Below, one piece after another: positions 31,219 to 37,692 of a stretch of DNA of 37,692 nucleotides. The position numbers and the translations under genes are program-made. Source of the stretch: Dimorphilus gyrociliatus (lineage: Eukaryota > Animalia > Annelida); assembly GCA_904063045.1 (NCBI GenBank), contig CAJFCJ010000184.1, forward strand, positions 10,212-47,903, in the 5' to 3' direction. How positions within the stretch are numbered: the stretch's first letter is position 1; each line of letters begins with the position of its first letter. The notes beneath the pieces are model-generated. The model made no database searches and was not told where the DNA came from. It saw only the letters and a list, made by a program, of their open reading frames with translations.

Positions 31219-32265
31219 TAAATATAAACATAAATGATTTTTAGTTTTTAGGGGAAATCTCCTCTTATTTTATTCTATTTGTTATTTACTATACTTATTA
31301 ATAGGATTATTTAATTTTATGAAACAAATGTAGTGTTATAGTTAAACTTTGATTATTAATTAATTATTATTGAATTTTTGTATTCAATAATATTTTAATA
31401 TGTTATTATACCTTTTTTAAAAAAAAGTTTTATGCTATTTTTCATATAATTCTATAAAATAAATATAATCAAACATTTAAATTATATATTATAAGAGTCT
31501 TTACCATCAAATTCTTTTATCAGGTACTATATTAAAATGTTCTATATTATATAATTATAGGTATCTTCATGTTAGATAGTTTCATATTCAACCACAAAGA
31601 TTTTAGCTCAAAACCTGAATAACTGTGAATAAGGGCACCGTAAAAAAATTAAGAAACTAATTTTTTAAATTCGTCTAAGGGCTTAAAAACAAAACATTTA
31701 TGTGTATGAGATACAAAGTATCATAAATCTAGCATATGATATCATACAACTCGAGGGGTTCCTGATAAAAAATAAACTATAGTTGTGTAAAAAGCAAGTT
31801 CTTTCAGATAGTGTGATTCATCAAAGAAATAGAAGTTTAGTTACATAAAATTGATAAAGAAATCATACCAAGCTGTTTTAGAGGAAAGCCAAGATTAAGA
31901 GTGTATTGTCAATTTTGTAGAGATTTACATTGAGTACTTTTTCTTCCACTAGAAATAAAACAGTAAAAATGTTTAATGAAATACATTATGTATAAATTAA
32001 GCAGATAGTCTAAATAAGCTTAATGATAATCTTTTATTAGTTTACAATATAATTTAAGAATAACTTATTGATAGTTGGCTCAGAAATCTCTAAATGAATG
32101 ATTAAACTAAAAAAAAGAAGTTGAGGTGAAATTCGCTAAACTTAGGACTGAAAACTTAACATTTCACCATATTTATATAAAATAAAAAAAACATTGTAAA
32201 TTAATAGATGAATATGACGAACAAGGAGAATGATGGAAGATAAAGTATAATAAGTGAATATTTTT

Positions 32266-33432
32266 GGTTAATGGGAATTATAAGGGTTTTTTGAAAATTT
32301 TCAAGGACCCTCCCTTAAAAAATGGTTAATATTAAAAATTTTAATTTTATTGTTCCTGAGTCAGAAATATTATCTTTTTCTGAAATAAAATCATATAATT
32401 TAACTGCTGATTATATAGAATCCTTATCTAGGAAAAAGGATATAATTATGTTTATGGCTAGATGGAGATTATTAAACAACAATCAAATATGTCAACCATG
32501 TGACATAAAGATGTATTTACACGAGGATAGAAAAATAACAGATGGTTTCAAATTTATTTGTAGACAGTGCAAGAAAAAACAATCCGTAAGATATGGAAGT
32601 TTTTTTTATAAATCAAGAATGCCATTAAAAATTTTATTAAAAATCATAAGGAAACTACTTTTTGGAATCAACAAATGTGTGATAGGACACAGTTTTAGTA
32701 TATGTAGAAAAACTGTTTCTAAATGGGATAAAATTATTTTAGAGGCTATTGCCTTAAATTTAAATATTACTAGAACACGTATAGGTGGAATTAATGAAGA
32801 GTGTCTACCTAAAATCGTTGAAATTGATGAAAGTTTATTTTTTAAAAGAAAGTATAATCGAGGAAGGCTATTAGAGCAATGCTGGTATGTTGGTGGAATC
32901 GAAAGAGGTACATCAAATATTTTTGTTGTACAGGTACCTGATAAAAAGAAAGAAACTCTTAAAAGAGTTATATTAGATAATGTAGAGATAGGCACCACAA
33001 TTATTACAGATGAGTGGAGTGCTTATAAAGCTGCTCTGGCAGAGACTGATGATTTTGGACATGAGACCGTAAATCATACATACAATTTTGTAAACCCACA
33101 TAATCCTGATGTGCATACTCAAAACATCGAATGTTTTTGGAGTACGAGTAAAAGAGAGATCAGAAAGCATGTCAATTGCAAGGACTTACAATTTCTTTAT
33201 TTATTACAATCAATTTGGTTTAGAAAAGTAGATAAATTTAAAAGATTTAATGAAATAATAGTTCTCTTCTCTAGTAATTCATATGAGGCAGAGTTCAACG
33301 AATTAATAAACTCTAATTTATAGTTATTTTAATAATTCCTCATTTTAACAAAAATTTTTATTTTTTAGTAATTTTTAAAAATTTTCAAAAAACCCTTATA
33401 ATTCCAAAAAACCCTTATAATTCCCATTAACC
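32266..33432 (+). mobile_element. Merlin transposon with intact ORF
   Basis: TIR GGTTAATGGGAATTATAAGGGTTTTTTG at 32266, with its inverse ending at 33432. The flanking 8-mers ATATTTTT/AAATTTTC form only an imperfect TSD. Confidence 0.9.
32322..33323 (+). CDS. Merlin/ISXO2-like DDE transposase
   Basis: CQPC..CRQC zinc finger, IVEIDES, VGGIERG, TIITDEWSAY, HETVNH and HTQNIECFW; 333 aa without interruption. Confidence 0.95.
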   Translation: MVNIKNFNFIVPESEILSFSEIKSYNLTADYIESLSRKKDIIMFMARWRLLNNNQICQPCDIKMYLHEDRKITDGFKFICRQCKKKQSVRYGSFFYKSRMPLKILLKIIRKLLFGINKCVIGHSFSICRKTVSKWDKIILEAIALNLNITRTRIGGINEECLPKIVEIDESLFFKRKYNRGRLLEQCWYVGGIERGTSNIFVVQVPDKKKETLKRVILDNVEIGTTIITDEWSAYKAALAETDDFGHETVNHTYNFVNPHNPDVHTQNIECFWSTSKREIRKHVNCKDLQFLYLLQSIWFRKVDKFKRFNEIIVLFSSNSYEAEFNELINSNL

Positions 33433-35531
33433 AAATTTTCTTTTGTATATATTAATTTATAAGAAAATTGCAAAAAACAGTAAAACAGATTATTATAACA
33501 TTAAACTTTTATCCTTTTTATTTAAAAGTGCAAACATGCTTCTTAATAAATCTAGTGTATTATTATAATCTGTATGATGTAAAAATAGAATTTTTTGAAT
33601 ATTCGAATTCTATATAAACTACTTATTTTATAGTTTTTTACATTTGATTTTCATGTTTCATAATTTGTATAATGATCATTTCAATTTTAATATAAGAAAC
33701 GAGATTGCATAGGCAATAGATTTTTGATGACTTTTTTAATATTCAATCCTTATTTAACTATTTATTACCTTAATTAAATGAGAATAGGGTTACGGATAAA
33801 ATAATAACTTATTTAGATAAAGTAAAATGTTTATATTATACACTTAAATTTTTGTTTGTATATATATTTAAATGACATTAATCTCATAAAACTATATATT
33901 ACTAACAGACCAAGGTTTATAGGATTTTTTATCTAAGTAAATATCCATGCTTATAATGTGTCTGAAACCAGTATTCTTCAATTTAGTCTATTTAACTGAT
34001 TTTTCTAAGTTTATTCTTTGTTATATACTTTATAAATAATAAATTTTAGGTTATTAGGTATTCAAGAGTGTTGGCTAAAAAAAAAGTAGATGAATTCGCT
34101 ATTAACAAAACAACATCCCATTTAATTCTCAGAATTTAGTTTAAGAACACCTCATTGAATAAATAGATTTTGATAATGTTACTTTTTTTGTTTATTTATA
34201 ATGTTTAATATAATTGATTAAAAATATAGAAAATTGATTATTTTAAATGCTAAATACCAATAATCCTTTTTGGCTAAAAATTATTTGTTTTCAATTCTAT
34301 GAAAGAACGATTTGATGTTAGATTCTCCTTTTTTATTATTTTAGAGTTTTTATTAAAATAAAGAGAAGTATATCAAAGGATTAAGTCTGGTGTATTTCTA
34401 TGATATCCTGGTATCCACTTATTTGATGTAAAAAGGTGTATCTGTAATGACTGAATCAAGATCTTATACAGCTTTAAGCATGTATAATCAATAGTTTTAG
34501 GGGTGTATATATATTTAAGTACCATTTTGAGGATCATCAGATAAATGAAGATTAAACTTCGTTTAAAATGGGCATACGAGCTATTTATTCTGTAATAATA
34601 TAATTTTATAGAAGAGATACCATTTATTTTTTTAAATAAGTAATATGAAAGTGTGTATATAAAAAACAAAACTTAATATGTTTGGTACAGATAATAAAAT
34701 AAAAAAATAATATAGGCTGTGTTATAAAACTCTTTAATAGCAAAATAAGTAAGAAAGGAGAATTAACAGGTTTGTAATTGAAATTTGTAAAATTTTGCTC
34801 ATTTCTATCGACAATTTTAAAAAAGAATGTTTGAAATATAAACAGATTAATGATACAAAGTATACTTATGTATAATAAAAGGATAGTTTTTATTCGAAGA
34901 ACTAAGTATTCTAAATCATTTCTAACTTAGGTAACAGCTTATTAGTGACTAAAGAAAAGATGTAAAATATAAAGTTTTAAACTATTGATGATTTACTTAA
35001 TAATTAAAAGATAAACAGGGAAAGACACAAAGATATATCATATTACTCAATTTAGTTTAATTAGAAGACGTAATATCGACGTCTCAGTAAAAAAGAATAT
35101 TTATTAAACATTTAGTGGCATTTCCAATTTTAACATCAAAAAATTATGAGTTTTACTAAAATAAAAAATAGAGAGTTTTATTAAAATTTATATCTATTAT
35201 CAAACATGTCAAATTTATATAATATATTCGAATATATTAGATTATTTTTCATAAGAAATTTGATGTTTTTTATTCGATTTTTCTTGGAAACTGATGTTTC
35301 AAAAAAAAAAAGACTTTTTAAAGAGTTTTATGTTCTTAGAACATTCCCAAATACATTTATAACTTGATTTATAAGCGTTCTATATTCGTAGGTACTTATT
35401 TACTACGTATTTATTTAAACTTTATATATTAGACTAAAATGACGTAAATTGCATTTCCTAAAAAGTTTCTATCAATCTTTATTTCAAAAAACATATTTTC
35501 GGGCCTTATGTTTTTTAATGTGAGCAACAAT

Positions 35532-37692
35532 ATGAGATTTTTTTATGATTTATGTAAACTTTCATTATTCTACGGTTATATCTTCAGTACAAACAATAAT
35601 CATAAAGTAGCTAGAGCTAAAGTACAACATGGAGAATTTTTAATATACAAAGACTGTTCACAATTTATTCGAAGAAAGAGTTTAGTGATATAAAAGAGGA
35701 AATGAAATATGTTCAAGAATTTTATAAACTCAAAACTCTGGTTTTGAATAATTATTACTTACCTGATGGGGTACTAGAGTATATAGGAATACTAAGTGAC
35801 TTAGAAGAGCTTAATTTAAAAAATAACAGACAATTGGGAATAAAGGATTTTAATGGAATTATGTTGTTAAAAAACTTGAAAATGCTTGAAGTAGGCTATT
35901 GCAATATACCAACAGGTGCACTAAGAGGAATCGAAAATTTAAAATATTTGGAAGCACTTGATTTGCAAGGAAATTTTAACATAAGTTGTGAGGACTTCAA
36001 CAACATTTTTATGTTAAAAGGCTTGGAAGTTTTAAACTTGACAAATTGTCGTGTGGCTAGAGGGGCGGTGTCTGGCATCCACAAACTCATTCATCTGAAA
36101 TCTTTATACTTAGGAAGAAATCCATGGCTTGCAGAGGACGATTATATGTCAATTGGTAAAATCATTACTTTAGAAAAATTAGAATTGGGGGGTTGTAGAA
36201 TAAAAAGTGGCTCAGTATTTAGTCATATGAATAAATGCTTTCAAAAATTAATACACCTGGATTTAAGTGGTAACTTAAATTTAACCTTGAATGATACGGA
36301 CTGTATAACAAAATCGTACAATTTAAGAAGTCTAAATCTTTCTGAGTGTGAACTTCGACCAAACTCTTTGAGAAATATAGACAGATTAGGGAACTTAAAA
36401 ACCTTAAAATTATCTAAAAACAACCAATTATCTGAAAAAGACACTAATGCTATATTTTCACTTTTATCCCTTGATGCTCTATATTTAGATGACTGTGAGT
36501 TTGAAAATTATCAATTATGTTATATTCAGCGACTAAAAAATCTGACTTTGTTGAGTTTAAAGAATTTTGGGTTCATAAAACCTGGCAATATTCATAATTT
36601 GACTAAACTTAGAAAACTGAAAGAACTCAATTTAGATGGTTGTAAAGTAAAAGAAATTAATCCAAGACAGTTAGAGATGTTTTCTAAGATGCAAAAGCTT
36701 GATTTAAGAATAAGTTATCACAACCATATGACAGAGGTAAACAGAATGCCTAGATTAAAAAGGCTGGAGGTCTTAAGATTAAGAAAATTCTATACTAAGT
36801 TGCATAAATTATCGAATCTTAAGGTTCTTGATTTAGCATGTATTCTTAATATAAGTGATAACGATATGCAAAAAATTTTCAAATGTAAAAAGCTTGAAGT
36901 GTTGATATTGAGTTACTGTGACTTAAAAGCCAACGCTCTTAAGGGCATTAGTAAGCTTCAGAATTTAAAAAAGCTTCATTTAAATGGTAACAAAAATTTG
37001 TCCTCAGTGGAAGTATCCGAAGTAACAAAACTGATAAATTTATGTTTTCTATCCATGTCAAGTTGTAATTTAAATCCGGGGATTTTTATCGGAGCAAGTG
37101 TTCTTACAAAGTTAAATACACTCTTTTTAAATGGAAACAAGAATTTAATAATAGATGACTTTTCATGGATTTATCAACAAACAATGCTTGAATATTTAGC
37201 CATTGAAAGACCAGGGTCAGAGGTAGATACACTTAGTAACATTTATAAACTCGCAGACTTAATTCATCTTGATATTCAAAACGTTGAGAATCTAACAGAT
37301 TTGGAATTTAATGCTATCTTTAATCTTAAAAATCTAAGAACACTTAATCTCGCTAATTGTAATTTAAATCCAGGTAGGTTAGTAAACGTTGATAAGATGG
37401 AGAAACTCGAGGTTCTAGATTTACATTCTAATATGAGACTTGCTAAAGAGGACTATTTAAGTATTTTTAGGTTACAAAATCTATTATCATTAAGACTATC
37501 AAGATGTGGATTGAAAAAAGGTATTCTAAAAGAAGTTAGTTTTCCTAAAAACCTAAGATGTCTTTATTTAAGCTTACAGCAAACTCTAGAAACAGATGAT
37601 TTCTCAAAGATATATAAATTTCCAGTGCTAGAAAAAGTTTTTATTGAAGAGGGAGATGAGGATAGCATGGCAGAAAGAAGATTTGTTGCTGA
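35532..37692 (+). CDS. Secreted-type leucine-rich repeat protein (3' partial, 5' frameshift)
   Basis: This long frame is missing from the supplied ORF track because it has no stop in the window. It is open from 35621 (ATG at 35702) to the window end with continuous LRRs (LKTLVLNN, LEELNLKNN, LEALDLQGN, LEVLNLTNC and so on). A signal-peptide-like MRFFYDLCKLSLFYGYIFS starts at 35532 in another frame. Confidence 0.9.

Noticed and set aside
32322-33323. Bacterial IS1595 or IS630 contamination
   Set aside because: Merlin and Tc1 are the eukaryotic relatives of these families. The elements have host-like AT content and microsporidian CCC start context, and are nested among host sequence.

Overview
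AT-rich eukaryotic DNA, almost certainly from a microsporidian. The evidence is a reduced ~1.35 kb SSU rRNA, a ~20 nt ITS, a 5.8S region fused to the LSU, CCC motifs just before start codons, and Merlin and Tc1 transposons. The genus cannot be called from sequence alone. Left to right: a longin R-SNARE gene; a cluster of transposon remains, including a three-level Merlin>Tc1>Merlin nest; an LRR gene; a GC-rich block (~10.4-21.7 kb) lying entirely on the minus strand; orphan ORFs; a RhoGAP-like gene ending in CaaX; an intact Merlin; and a second LRR gene running off the window end. Read in transcription order, the GC-rich block is SSU, LSU, a non-autonomous retroelement, a 593-N gap, an APE-RT LINE, a second copy of the non-autonomous element, and stacked 3' tails. 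The main result is that the 5' end of the ~1.06 kb non-autonomous element folds by hand into a complete HDV-like self-cleaving ribozyme (P1, P1.1, P2, P3, P4, catalytic C in GGCUAA). One copy sits about 60 nt past the LSU 3' end in the same orientation, and the element shares its 3' tail with the neighbouring LINE. This resembles an rDNA-read-through, ribozyme-released LINE plus SIDE/SINE system located in the 3' spacer rather than inside the 28S. Many frameshifts fall in homopolymers, so some pseudogene calls may be sequencing errors. All analyses were done by eye; no searches were run.
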